Source of the DNA: an uncultured bacterium
GTDB taxonomy: Bacteria; UBP14; UBA6098; B30-G16
Direction of reading: 5' to 3'
Length of the DNA stretch: 64,000 bases
Assembly (NCBI GenBank): GCA_965552135.1
Contig: CBEVQY010000012.1
Location: 1 to 64,000 of the forward strand
Shown: one piece after another, positions 1 through 9,700 of the stretch
Numbering within the stretch: the stretch's first letter is position 1
How the letters are laid out: every line of letters starts with the position of its first letter
The notes under the pieces: model-generated
What the model saw: only the letters and a program-made list of their open reading frames with translations
Database searches by the model: none
Told to the model about the DNA's origin: nothing
Program-made: the position numbers and the translations under genes

Positions 1-89
1 CCGTTGGGTCCGATGAAGCCGAAGAGCTCGCCGGGCGCCAGCGAGAGGGTCAGGTTCTCGACGGCAACAACATCCCCAAAGCGCTTGCT
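1..89 (-). repeat. 5'-truncated duplicate of the ABC-ATPase gene segment at 10814-10902; runs off the window edge
   Basis: Near-identical to 10814-10902 (2 substitutions seen). Encodes SKRFGDVVAVENLTLSLAPGELFGFIGPN with no in-frame start upstream. Confidence 0.85.
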
Positions 90-133
90 TGAGCCTGGAC
101 AACGTTGGTCGTTGCTGTCCCTGCGCCTACCAA

Positions 134-190
134 AAAAGTTCTTGACATAAAACTTTTCAGGTCTAACTTGTCGTAACGGTGGGACGACAA
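134..190 (+). promoter_or_regulatory. Putative sigma70 promoter with overlapping palindromes, upstream of the TrmB-family gene
   Basis: TTGACA at 142-147 and TAACTT at 164-169. Inverted repeats AAAAGTT/AACTTTT (134-157) and TTGTCGT/ACGACAA (168-190). AAGGAG RBS before the ATG. Confidence 0.5.
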
Positions 191-205
191 AAGGAGAAAT
201 GAACG

Positions 206-1027
206 ATGAAGGAATTTTTGACTCAAGTTGGCTTCAGCGAGAACGAGGCTAAGCTGTATGTTTCTCTTCTGAATCTGGGAGAGGGCACCGTTAATGAGAT
301 AGCGAGGGTTGCGAAGGTTCGGCGAACCACTGCTTACTCTGTTTTGAGGGAGATGGTAAAGAAGGGGCTTATAGTTGAAGTTGCCGGCAAGCCGGTTCGA
401 TACCAGGTTCTGCCTCCGCGACAGGCTCTTGCGGATTTTCTCAGGGAAAGAATTGAAGAGGCAAAGCGATGGGCGGAAAGACTGCCCCTGATCGCCGAAG
501 AATTCATCGTGCAAGCTGAACAACTTTATGAGCGGAAGCCTATATCTATAGACGCGACCCGTGAGCTTATGATACTTCGCGGACCACAGATGATACGGAA
601 CATTATGAAGCCAATCGAGGCTCGTGTGCGTGAGTATATCAGGGTATTGTCCCGACCTCCCATTGTTGTTCCGCGCCAGAAGGACAAAAAACCACCTATT
701 GGGAACACAAATCGCCCGCGTAGTTTTAAAAAACTCGTTATATGCGAAACCGATATGCTGAAGGATAGAGAATATCGCGAAACGATAAAGATATTTCTAA
801 ACAGTGGTAATCTTGTGAGACATCTACCATCAGTGCCTATAAAGCTTGTTATATATGATGACTATGCCAGCCTGATTTCAATGACGCCTAACGGAAGACC
901 GGAGGACCATATCTCGCTTCTAATCCAGAACAAACAAATCATACGTTTTCATATAAAGAGTTTCGAGTTACTGTGGGAGGTTGCTAAACCTGTTCGTCTC
1001 AAGGACATCGAAAGGCTCGAAGGGTAG
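206..1027 (+). CDS. TrmB-family transcriptional regulator
   Basis: N-terminal GFSENEAKLYVSLL...EIARVAKVRRTTAYSVLREMVKKGLI wHTH. C-terminal PLD-like effector fold (KLVIYDD...FELLWE). Confidence 0.85.
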   Translation: MKEFLTQVGFSENEAKLYVSLLNLGEGTVNEIARVAKVRRTTAYSVLREMVKKGLIVEVAGKPVRYQVLPPRQALADFLRERIEEAKRWAERLPLIAEEFIVQAEQLYERKPISIDATRELMILRGPQMIRNIMKPIEARVREYIRVLSRPPIVVPRQKDKKPPIGNTNRPRSFKKLVICETDMLKDREYRETIKIFLNSGNLVRHLPSVPIKLVIYDDYASLISMTPNGRPEDHISLLIQNKQIIRFHIKSFELLWEVAKPVRLKDIERLEG

Positions 1028-1036
1028 GGGGGGCTT

Positions 1037-4000
1037 ATGAAGAATTATATTGTATCATTTTTAGCGGCTGCTTTCCTGCTTTCAGCTGCCGATGCCCCTG
1101 ATGGGATCAACTATCAGGGGAAGCTGTTCGAGGGCGGCGGACCTGTGGATGGTGAGACAAGAGATTTTCGCTTCCGTTTGTTTACGGATGTTAACGGCGA
1201 TGGAGATTTCGACGACCCGAATGATACCCTCTCCTGGACGGATGGCGACACTTCTGGGGTTGAAATCAATGGCGGGCTTTTCTCCGTCGTCCTTGATGGC
1301 ATCTCAGACTATCTGGACCACGACAGCCTTTATCTTGCGGTTTTCGTCAAGAAGCCGTCCGAGACGGATTATACTTTCCTCGGCAGCGAGCGTCTCTGGT
1401 CCGCGCCGTATGCGCTGAAAGCCGCCGGTAGTGTTGGCGGAAGCGGAGCGGACAACTACCTCGCGCGGTGGGACGGAACAACAAATCTCCAGAGCTCATC
1501 GGTCTACGTAACCGATGGCGGCAACGTCGGCATCGGGACGGCGTCTCCTAGTGAAAAGTTGACCGTGACGGGAGATGTGGGTTTAAGAGAAGGCGCACTA
1601 TGGCAACCCGTTTATCCCTCCGACGATGGATTGGTTTTGTATCTTCCTTTCCGAGAGGGAACGGGAACAACAACATATGACAAAAGCCCCTATGGCAACG
1701 ATGGGACAATTTACGGTGCAGCATGGACAGACGGTAAATACGGTAAGGCATTAGAATTTGACGGTAGTAACGATTATGTGAGTTTGCCGGACAATTCAAT
1801 TTTGGACTTTGACGCCTCGAGCTCATTTACCTGGGCTGTGTGGATAAAGACAACCTGCCCTTGGAGTTCTGGCGATAGGGTAGTGATTGGGTGGCGAGAT
1901 TCCGAGGATATTAACCCGTTTATTCGAATAATCGTCAAGTATAATGGGCTTGTAGGGTTTACATATAGGGACGCAGGTGGAACCTGGACAAATCGGGTTG
2001 AGAGTTCTCCAAATACCGTTAATGATGGAAACTGGCATTTTATCGTTGCTGTAAGGGATAAATCGTCGGCGAATCCCAATAAGTTATATGTAGATGGCGT
2101 ATTAGTTGATGAGTCGACAGATCCAACGACTCTTGGTTTTGATGTGGACCATCACGAGATAGGAAGGGATTATATAAGCGGAGCATATTTTGATGGCACG
2201 ATTGACGAGGTTCGCATTTACAACAGAGCTTTGAGCGCGGAGGAGATAAGGGTTCATTACTTACACTGTTTGCAATCTCACGGTTACATTATGGCAGATA
2301 ACTTCAAGGTTATCAACACCTCTGCTGATGAACTGTTAAGGGTAACATCCTCTGGCAACGTCGGCATTGGGACGACATCTCCAAATGAGCTGCTCACGGT
2401 TGAGGGAGTTTTGAGCCTTGTTGAGACCTCTGCGCCGTCGGCGACATTGGGCTATGGCAAGCTGTATGTCAAAAGTTCGGACGGCAAACTCTATTTCATG
2501 GATGATGGCGGCACCGAATATGACCTCACTGCAGGTGGAGGAACCCCCGGCGGTGGCAACGGCGCGGTGCAGTTTAACAACTCCGGTTCCTTCGGCGGCG
2601 ATGAAAATAACCTCTTCTGGGATAACACAAACAAGCGCCTCGGGATAGGCACAGCAAGCCCTGGGAGTAAGCTTGATGTTGAGGGAGGATACATTTTGGT
2701 GACGAATTCGGAGACGGGTTCGGGTGAGTTGAGGATAGGGGCAGTGAACGGTCTTCCCGGGCTTTACAGCAATGTGTCGGGCAAGCCAATGGCTATAAGA
2801 TCCGACACAGGGCTTCGTCTGGCTGGTCATGCTGTACATATGGCTACAGGGACACCCGATTTGAATATTGATGTTTCCGGCAACGTCGGCATAGGGACGA
2901 CATCGCCGGAATATAAACTAGATGTTGAAGGCGATGTGGACCTTAACTATAATCGCCTTCGAAATACTATTTTGTTCCCCACCGGCTATGACGGCAGGTC
3001 AGCCAATTTAATGTTGCCCGCTTTTTCTGATTTGGTGTATTACGCAGTTGAGCGGGGATTGAGTGTGACTGTGAACAGAGGTCCGGATGCTGGTTCGCTT
3101 TCGGACATATTTGATTTGCATCGGAATTCGGGCGCTGTGTGGAACAATGTCAACACAACGCCCGTCACGATAACCATTGATTTAAACGGAACGCCTTATG
3201 TAAAGCTCATTGGGATAGCTTTTGGGTCGAGAAACTCGCAAGCGATAGATTACCAAATCGAGGTTTATGAAGACGATGACAATAATGGAACCTATCAATG
3301 GACTACGATAGCGAATGTTACAGGCAACAGTAGCTACGAAGTGGCGCATTATGTGGATATGTGGAGAGTTGATCAGATAAGAATACATGTAACTGACGCG
3401 GGAGATGGTGACCATGACGGAGATTTGAACATTGCTACTATTCAAGTAACAAGCCCTCTTAGTGGGAAGGCGACTGGTCATTTACTTGATGTGGGCGGTG
3501 ATACTATGTATGGAGATTTATATATAATGAATAATGGCAATCTTGGCATAGGAACGACCTCTCCGAATGAATTACTCACGGTTGAGGGAGTTTTGAGCCT
3601 TGTTGAGACCTCTGCGCCGTCGGCGACATCGGGCTATGGCAAGTTGTATGTCAAAAGTTCGGACGGCAAACTCTACTTTATGGATGATGGCGGCACCGAA
3701 TATGACCTCACCGCAGGTGGAGGAACCCCCGGCGGTGGCAACGGTGCGGTGCAGTTTAACAACTCCGGCTCCTTCAGCGGCGATGAGAACAATCTCTTCT
3801 GGGACAACACAAACAAAAGACTTGGGATAGGGACGGCAAGCCCTGGGAGTAGGCTTGATGTTGAGGGGGGATACATTTTGGTGACGAATTCGGAGGCGGG
3901 TTCAGGTGAGTTGAGGATAGGGGCAGTGAACGGTCTTCCCGGGCTTTACAGCAATGTGTCGGGCAAGCCAATGGCTATAAGATCCGACACAGGGCTTCGT

Positions 4001-4258
4001 CTGGCTGGTCATGCTGTGCATATGGCTACAGGGACACCCGATTTGAATATTGATGTTTCCGGCAACGTCGGTATAGGGACGACAAGCCCGACCGAAAAAC
4101 TTGATGTGGAGGGAAACATTGAGATGAACTCGAACCAAATAAAGAACGTAGCCACGCCCACGACGGGGGAATCAGCAGTTGGGTACGCTGTTAGCACAGA
4201 GTTTCTCTACGGTGATGAAAAAGCCTCGTCGACGAATTTCAAATTGTATTGGAGATAA
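1037..4258 (+). CDS. Secreted fibre/adhesin-like protein: YQG N-domain, LamG domain, GNVGIGT repeats
   Basis: Signal peptide; NYQGKL motif; LamG/ConA signature (GKALEFDG, WHFIVAV, FDGTIDEVRIYNRALS); multiple GNVGIGTxSP beta-fibre repeats. Confidence 0.75.
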   Translation: MKNYIVSFLAAAFLLSAADAPDGINYQGKLFEGGGPVDGETRDFRFRLFTDVNGDGDFDDPNDTLSWTDGDTSGVEINGGLFSVVLDGISDYLDHDSLYLAVFVKKPSETDYTFLGSERLWSAPYALKAAGSVGGSGADNYLARWDGTTNLQSSSVYVTDGGNVGIGTASPSEKLTVTGDVGLREGALWQPVYPSDDGLVLYLPFREGTGTTTYDKSPYGNDGTIYGAAWTDGKYGKALEFDGSNDYVSLPDNSILDFDASSSFTWAVWIKTTCPWSSGDRVVIGWRDSEDINPFIRIIVKYNGLVGFTYRDAGGTWTNRVESSPNTVNDGNWHFIVAVRDKSSANPNKLYVDGVLVDESTDPTTLGFDVDHHEIGRDYISGAYFDGTIDEVRIYNRALSAEEIRVHYLHCLQSHGYIMADNFKVINTSADELLRVTSSGNVGIGTTSPNELLTVEGVLSLVETSAPSATLGYGKLYVKSSDGKLYFMDDGGTEYDLTAGGGTPGGGNGAVQFNNSGSFGGDENNLFWDNTNKRLGIGTASPGSKLDVEGGYILVTNSETGSGELRIGAVNGLPGLYSNVSGKPMAIRSDTGLRLAGHAVHMATGTPDLNIDVSGNVGIGTTSPEYKLDVEGDVDLNYNRLRNTILFPTGYDGRSANLMLPAFSDLVYYAVERGLSVTVNRGPDAGSLSDIFDLHRNSGAVWNNVNTTPVTITIDLNGTPYVKLIGIAFGSRNSQAIDYQIEVYEDDDNNGTYQWTTIANVTGNSSYEVAHYVDMWRVDQIRIHVTDAGDGDHDGDLNIATIQVTSPLSGKATGHLLDVGGDTMYGDLYIMNNGNLGIGTTSPNELLTVEGVLSLVETSAPSATSGYGKLYVKSSDGKLYFMDDGGTEYDLTAGGGTPGGGNGAVQFNNSGSFSGDENNLFWDNTNKRLGIGTASPGSRLDVEGGYILVTNSEAGSGELRIGAVNGLPGLYSNVSGKPMAIRSDTGLRLAGHAVHMATGTPDLNIDVSGNVGIGTTSPTEKLDVEGNIEMNSNQIKNVATPTTGESAVGYAVSTEFLYGDEKASSTNFKLYWR
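2354..4084 (+). repeat. Intragenic ~550-bp direct repeat (2354-2902 and 3536-4084)
   Basis: Two nearly identical blocks at offset 1182 bp, seen in both DNA and protein (NELLTVEG...NIDVSGNVGIGT). Confidence 0.9.
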
Positions 4259-4381
4259 CACATAACTGGAGGGAAGCGTTCAGCTTTAGGAGCGGCCGAA
4301 GTTCCTTTGGGCAGCCGCTTCCCGGAAATGACCGGGAACCCCCCTCCGGCGGCTGCCCTGAAAACTACAAAGGACAAATAT

Positions 4382-4660
4382 ATGAACATGAGGTCACGAC
4401 AACTAAGAAAGCCGAACGATATTCTTAAATATCTGGACTGCATTATCGATGGTAGAGAATCCTTGCCGATCGAGATAGATATTGAAGAGCTTGTGAGTAT
4501 GCGCTGTGCGTTGCACGAAGCAATTAAGAAAAAGAAAGAAGCGCAGTCAAAATGGATAAAATCTGTAAAAGAGGTGTATGAAATTTGCTCAGCTGTGGAA
4601 AGGAGAATTCTCGGGTATCAGTATAAACTGAGAGAGCGTCAAAAGAATAAGATAAAGTGA
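4382..4660 (+). CDS. Small basic hypothetical protein
   Basis: ORF with AAGGA upstream of the ATG at 4382; AT-rich; no recognisable motif. Confidence 0.45.
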   Translation: MNMRSRQLRKPNDILKYLDCIIDGRESLPIEIDIEELVSMRCALHEAIKKKKEAQSKWIKSVKEVYEICSAVERRILGYQYKLRERQKNKIK

Positions 4661-4721
4661 GCTTTGTCGAGTTAAAAAATTTGGTTCCATGTCCGAGAAC
4701 AGTAAAATCAAGGAGGTCATT

Positions 4722-5588
4722 ATGACACGCAAAATCACGCTTCCAATAGTTTTCGCGCTGTTGTTTTCATCCCCGCTTTTCGCTCAGGTTCCTCGCATAA
4801 TGAACTATCAGGGGAGATTGACGGATGCCAGCGGGGTGGCTGTTTTGGACACAACAGGCTCTTCCTGCGCCGGAAGGATTATTGGCTTCCACATCTACGA
4901 TGTCTCCACCGGTGGCACGCCACTTTGGGGAGAGACGCTTTGCGTCCGCATAGTCAACGGCTTGTTCGATGTCACATTGGGGGAAGTTCATCCGATAGAA
5001 CTTGATTTTTCTGAACCCTATTATATGGAGCTTGTGGTGGACAACGACGACGACGGCAGCATCTCCACCACAGCGGACACATTGCTGCCCAGGGAGAAGC
5101 TCGCACCTGTAAGTTTTGCATTCCGCTCTATTTACGCTGACACCGCTGATTATGCTTCCGGGTCTTTGACCAAACAGGATTTCCGCCTTGGACCTGAGGG
5201 TACAAGTTCCAGAATTAGAGGCGTGGTCTCATCCTGCAACGACCTTCCCAGCTCGGGCAGCCTGACCTGGACTGAGATTACTACTCACGTGGCGGGACTC
5301 CCTTATAATTTCTGCATTTCCCCAGGGTTGGGGAGCGACCCCTGGTATGTTGCAGAAGCCGTCTGCGAGGATTTGGGTGGGAGACTCTGCTCCCGGTCGG
5401 AGTATAGGGCTTTTTATGCTCAGACGAGCACTTCGGTCAACGGCTATTGGACTGCTGGCTTGGTGCCGCGTGGTTCAGCAGATTGGTGGGATGCTGTCTT
5501 TTGCAACAACGAGATCTGTACATCAACCTCTACAGGCCAGGTTCAGGTAAACCGTAACTATCGATGCTGCGTGATACTGGAAGAATAA
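4722..5588 (+). CDS. Secreted YQG-domain protein with a C-type-lectin-like tip
   Basis: AAGGAGG RBS; signal peptide; NYQGRLTD; C-terminus WYVAEAVCEDLGGRLC...E...YW...YRCC is typical of a CLec fold. Confidence 0.75.
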   Translation: MTRKITLPIVFALLFSSPLFAQVPRIMNYQGRLTDASGVAVLDTTGSSCAGRIIGFHIYDVSTGGTPLWGETLCVRIVNGLFDVTLGEVHPIELDFSEPYYMELVVDNDDDGSISTTADTLLPREKLAPVSFAFRSIYADTADYASGSLTKQDFRLGPEGTSSRIRGVVSSCNDLPSSGSLTWTEITTHVAGLPYNFCISPGLGSDPWYVAEAVCEDLGGRLCSRSEYRAFYAQTSTSVNGYWTAGLVPRGSADWWDAVFCNNEICTSTSTGQVQVNRNYRCCVILEE

Positions 5589-5757
5589 AACCGAAAAAGA
5601 ACCCTCTATACTCAGTGGATTGGTCTTGGTTTTGTCCGAATAACAAAAAGAAGTGCAATTTATGTGAGATTGTGGAAATGTTTAAAAGTCGTTGGACGGC
5701 TGCAGATCCAGTGCATTTTGCAATTTCTGTTGGAAAATGCCGTATAAGGAGGTCATT

Positions 5758-6609
5758 ATGACACACAAAATCATACTTGCAATAGTTTTTGCACTGTTGC
5801 TTTCATCTGCGCTTTTTGCTCAGATTCCCCGGATAATGAACTATCAGGGGAAATTGACGGATGCCAGCGGAGTGGCTGTTTTGGACACAACGGGCTCCCC
5901 TTGCGCCGGCAGGATTATTGGCTTCCACATCTACGATACTTCCACCGGTGGCACGCCACTTTGGGGAGAGACGCTTTGCGTCCCCATCGTCAACGGCTTG
6001 TTCGATGTCGTATTGGGGGAGGTTCATCCGATAGAACTTGATTTTTCTGAACCCTATTATATGGAGCTTGTGGTGGACAACGACGACGACGGCAGCATCT
6101 CCACCACAGCGGACACATTGTTGCCCCGGGAGAAACTTGCGCCGCTTGCCTTTGCATACAGAAGCATCTATGCGGATACGGCGGATTATGTTTCAGACGG
6201 TGCTTCGGGCGGCGCCCCAACGGTAGACGAGGTATGGTCAAGCTCAGACTTAACACTTTCGACAGGCTGGCAGGCGGTTCCTGGTCTTACCATAGATTTG
6301 CCCTCCGCCACCGGGCTTGCTGTTATAACCGTGCATATACCAACTATGGAAGCGCCTCCGGCAATGTTTCAGCGCTTTTGCTTCAGGATATACAATGTAA
6401 CTACTGGTACTCAGATAGGTAACAAGCAGTGTTCTGCTTTGCAGTCTGGAAGTGATTATGGTTCCAAAACAATGACATGGATATATAATAAGACAAACAG
6501 TGGCGTAGAAACAATTAGAGTAGATGCGAAAAAAACTTACTCAGATAATAGTTGGCTTCGCAACGGAGGCGATAATGGTCCCGCGCATCTGTATTACCTA
6601 TTCTGGTAA
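5758..6609 (+). CDS. Secreted YQG-domain paralog with a different beta-rich tip
   Basis: Same RBS and N-terminal ~145 aa as 4722-5588, then an unrelated C-terminus (DLTLSTGWQAVPGLTIDL...). Confidence 0.75.
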   Translation: MTHKIILAIVFALLLSSALFAQIPRIMNYQGKLTDASGVAVLDTTGSPCAGRIIGFHIYDTSTGGTPLWGETLCVPIVNGLFDVVLGEVHPIELDFSEPYYMELVVDNDDDGSISTTADTLLPREKLAPLAFAYRSIYADTADYVSDGASGGAPTVDEVWSSSDLTLSTGWQAVPGLTIDLPSATGLAVITVHIPTMEAPPAMFQRFCFRIYNVTTGTQIGNKQCSALQSGSDYGSKTMTWIYNKTNSGVETIRVDAKKTYSDNSWLRNGGDNGPAHLYYLFW

Positions 6610-6708
6610 AAATTGTCGTGGAAGGAACCACACCATAAAGAAGAGAATGAAAGTGTTTTTATCATTGACAAAATACGCGTTCATTAAAATCTAAAAGTAA
6701 GGAGGGGT

Positions 6709-9700
6709 ATGAAACATATTTTCCTTACAACGCTGACCATAGTGATTTCATTCAATTACGCACTCGCGGGATGTGGAGGCAGTTGTTTTGTCATCGGCGG
6801 CGCAGACATTGACAGGGGCAACTCGATCACGAAAACCTTCGATGGCAGGTATGTCGCCACCGGACACACATACAGTTACGGTGCTGGCAGCGCGGATTTG
6901 CTCATCGTAAAGTTCGGCGAGGACGGCACCATCGATTGGGCAAAAGCTGTTGGAGGCGCTGGCTCTGATGTTGGTTCGGCGGTTATTCAAACATCCGATA
7001 GCGGGTTCGCTGTTCTGGGGAAAACAACGAGCTACGGGAGCGACAAGAACTTCTTTTTCGTCAAGTTCGATTCGGCGGGCTGTGTAGAGTGGGCAAAATC
7101 GATACACTTTGAAAACGGGGACTTTGGTACCAGCGTTATCCAGACCTCCGATGGCGGATACCTTTTGCTCGGGGTTGCGGACAATACGCCCGGCTTTACA
7201 GAGGATATAGTTCTTCTGAAGCTTGGTCCTTCGGGTGCATTTCAGTGGGCGCGCAGGTATGATGTGAACGGAGAAGACCACGGATACGCAATATTTCAAA
7301 CCTCCGACGGAGGGTACGCGATAACGGGTCGTTCATTCCCGGCTTATCCGCTAAATAGAAATTTCGTATTGATAAAAATGAACTCCTCCTTCAGCATAGA
7401 GTGGGCTCGCGAAATCGACGGAACTGTGTATCCATCGGATGATTACGGCAAAATAGGCGTTCAAACCGCGGATGGTGGCTTTGTCCTCACAGGTTATACC
7501 AACGGATATGGTGCGGGGGACTATGATATATTTGTTGCGAAGTTTAGTTCCACGGGCGCTTATCAATGGTCCAGAACCATAGGTGGTGCAAATAGAGACC
7601 AAGGTGTCGCGTCTATCGCAACCCCTGATGGTGGGGTGATCATAACAGGGCGTATAAACGGCTACGGTGCCGGCGGCGATGATTTGTTCCTCGCAAAGAT
7701 TAGCCAGACGGGATCTTTTGAGTGGATGAGAGCCGTTGGCGGAATATCTGACGACTGGGGCAGATACCTCCTTCACGTCGGCGGCGATAGGTATGCAGTG
7801 GTGGGATGGACAGCGAGTTTCGGCGCAGGCAATGACGATTTATTTATCGTGTCGTTTACAGATGACGGTATGGCATGTATTGGGACTCCTGTATCACCTC
7901 CAACGTCTTCGCCGACCCCCAATATAATAAGCCCGTCGATAGGCGTTTCATCCCCGAGTCCAAGCATAATGGATGTTTCACCGGCTGTTATTGATATAAC
8001 CCCGATTATTGCTAACTGCTGCGAGATATTCCCTCCGGTGGCGTGGGCTGAGAACGATGGACCATATTGCATCGGCGACGAAATTCATCTTTTTGGCGGT
8101 CCCGATGGTATGGTCTCTTATGAGTGGAGCGGTCCCGCTGGTTTCTTGTCGACATCGCAGAACCCAACAATCCCCGCTGCGGATACAGCTGCGCGCGGAA
8201 TTTATACCCTTGTTGTGATAGATAGCAACGGCTGTTCCGATACAGCGCTGACCTTCGTCGGAGTCAACAGATGCCTTGACCCGTGTGATATTTCGGTCAG
8301 CGCGATGGGTGATACGGATATCTGCGAGGGCAGCACATTCGAATTTTATGCATCCGTTGATCCTTCGGGGACATCGCCGCCGATATATTGGTCGCTCGAC
8401 TTCGGCGACGGCACCGTTATCCAAGATTCGCTCCTCGGACCCCCTTGGGAGATAAGGGAGGAGCACGAATACAGCTCAACGGGAACATACACCGTCCGGG
8501 TGGTTGTCAGCAAGCCTACGAATTTAGGCACCGATTTTATAATAGACACGTCGTTCCCATCGCCAACCGCTGACCCCGGGGACCTCGCCTGGGACGGTTC
8601 GCATCTGTGGCTTGCCGCACATACAAGTTCTTATGACACAATATATGAAATCACGACTGCAGGGGTTGTGGTCAGCAAAATAAATTCCCCCACCGTTCTT
8701 CCTTACGGGCTGGCTTATGATGGTTCGCATCTGTGGGTTTCGGTGACGTCATGGCCGCCCGGGATATACGAGATAACCACCTCTGGAGCAATCGTCAGTG
8801 GACCTCTTTCCGGTCACGGTTCGCAGGAGAGCATGGGTCTTGGCTGGCAGGGGACGAATAGGCTCTGGGAGGTTGTTGCGGGCGCATCGGGACATGATTC
8901 GGCATATGTCACAGATGTGTCGTCGTGGAGCTCGCCAGTTGGCGGATTTCTGTTACCTCGCGATTGGCAAGAGGGTTGCGCTTACGACGATGTTCACGAT
9001 TTGCTTTGGGTTTGCAGTTGGGATGCCGCCGACCCAAGGATATACGGGCTCAATCCAGCGACGGGGGCGGTTGAGCATTCGTTTCCCAGCCCGGGTTCAT
9101 CGCCCCAGGGGCTTGCCTTCGATGGAATTTGCCTGTGGCATTCGGACAAAGCTACTGATATGATCTATCGCCTTTGCTTCCCTGTCGACGAGCCCGGATG
9201 TGCCGACACCGACTACGTTAACGTAACGGTTCGCCCCAATCCTGCTGCATCTGCAAGCAACGACGGACCCTATTGCGAGGGCGATACGATCAATCTGTTC
9301 GGTTATCCGGACGGTATGGCAAGTTATAGCTGGACGGGTCCTAATGGTTTTAGTTCGTCCTTGCAGAATCCCACGATACCGGGCGCAACGACGTCGGCGA
9401 GCGGAACATACACGCTGGTAGTAACCGATGCTTACGGCTGCACAGATACGGCGAGCACCGATGTCACGGTTTATCCCAGCCCGATGGCGTCCGCCAGCAG
9501 CAGCGACAGCATCTATTGCGTGGGAGACACGATTTATCTTTATGGCGGACCCGACGGCATGGCTTCGTATAGCTGGACAGGACCCAACGGCTTTACTTCA
9601 ACGCTGCAGAATCCGATTATTCCAGATGCTGATACGCTTCACAGCGGGGTATTCATCCTGACCGTGGTCGATACCAACGGGTGTTATGACAGCGAAAGCG

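Noticed and set aside
5300..5588. CLec-like tip as a diversity-generating retroelement target
   Set aside because: No reverse transcriptase gene and no adenine-variant template repeat seen in the window.
1037..6609. Prophage or tailocin, suggested by the tail-fibre-like motifs
   Set aside because: The proteins have signal peptides, and there are no capsid, sheath, baseplate, terminase or integrase genes.
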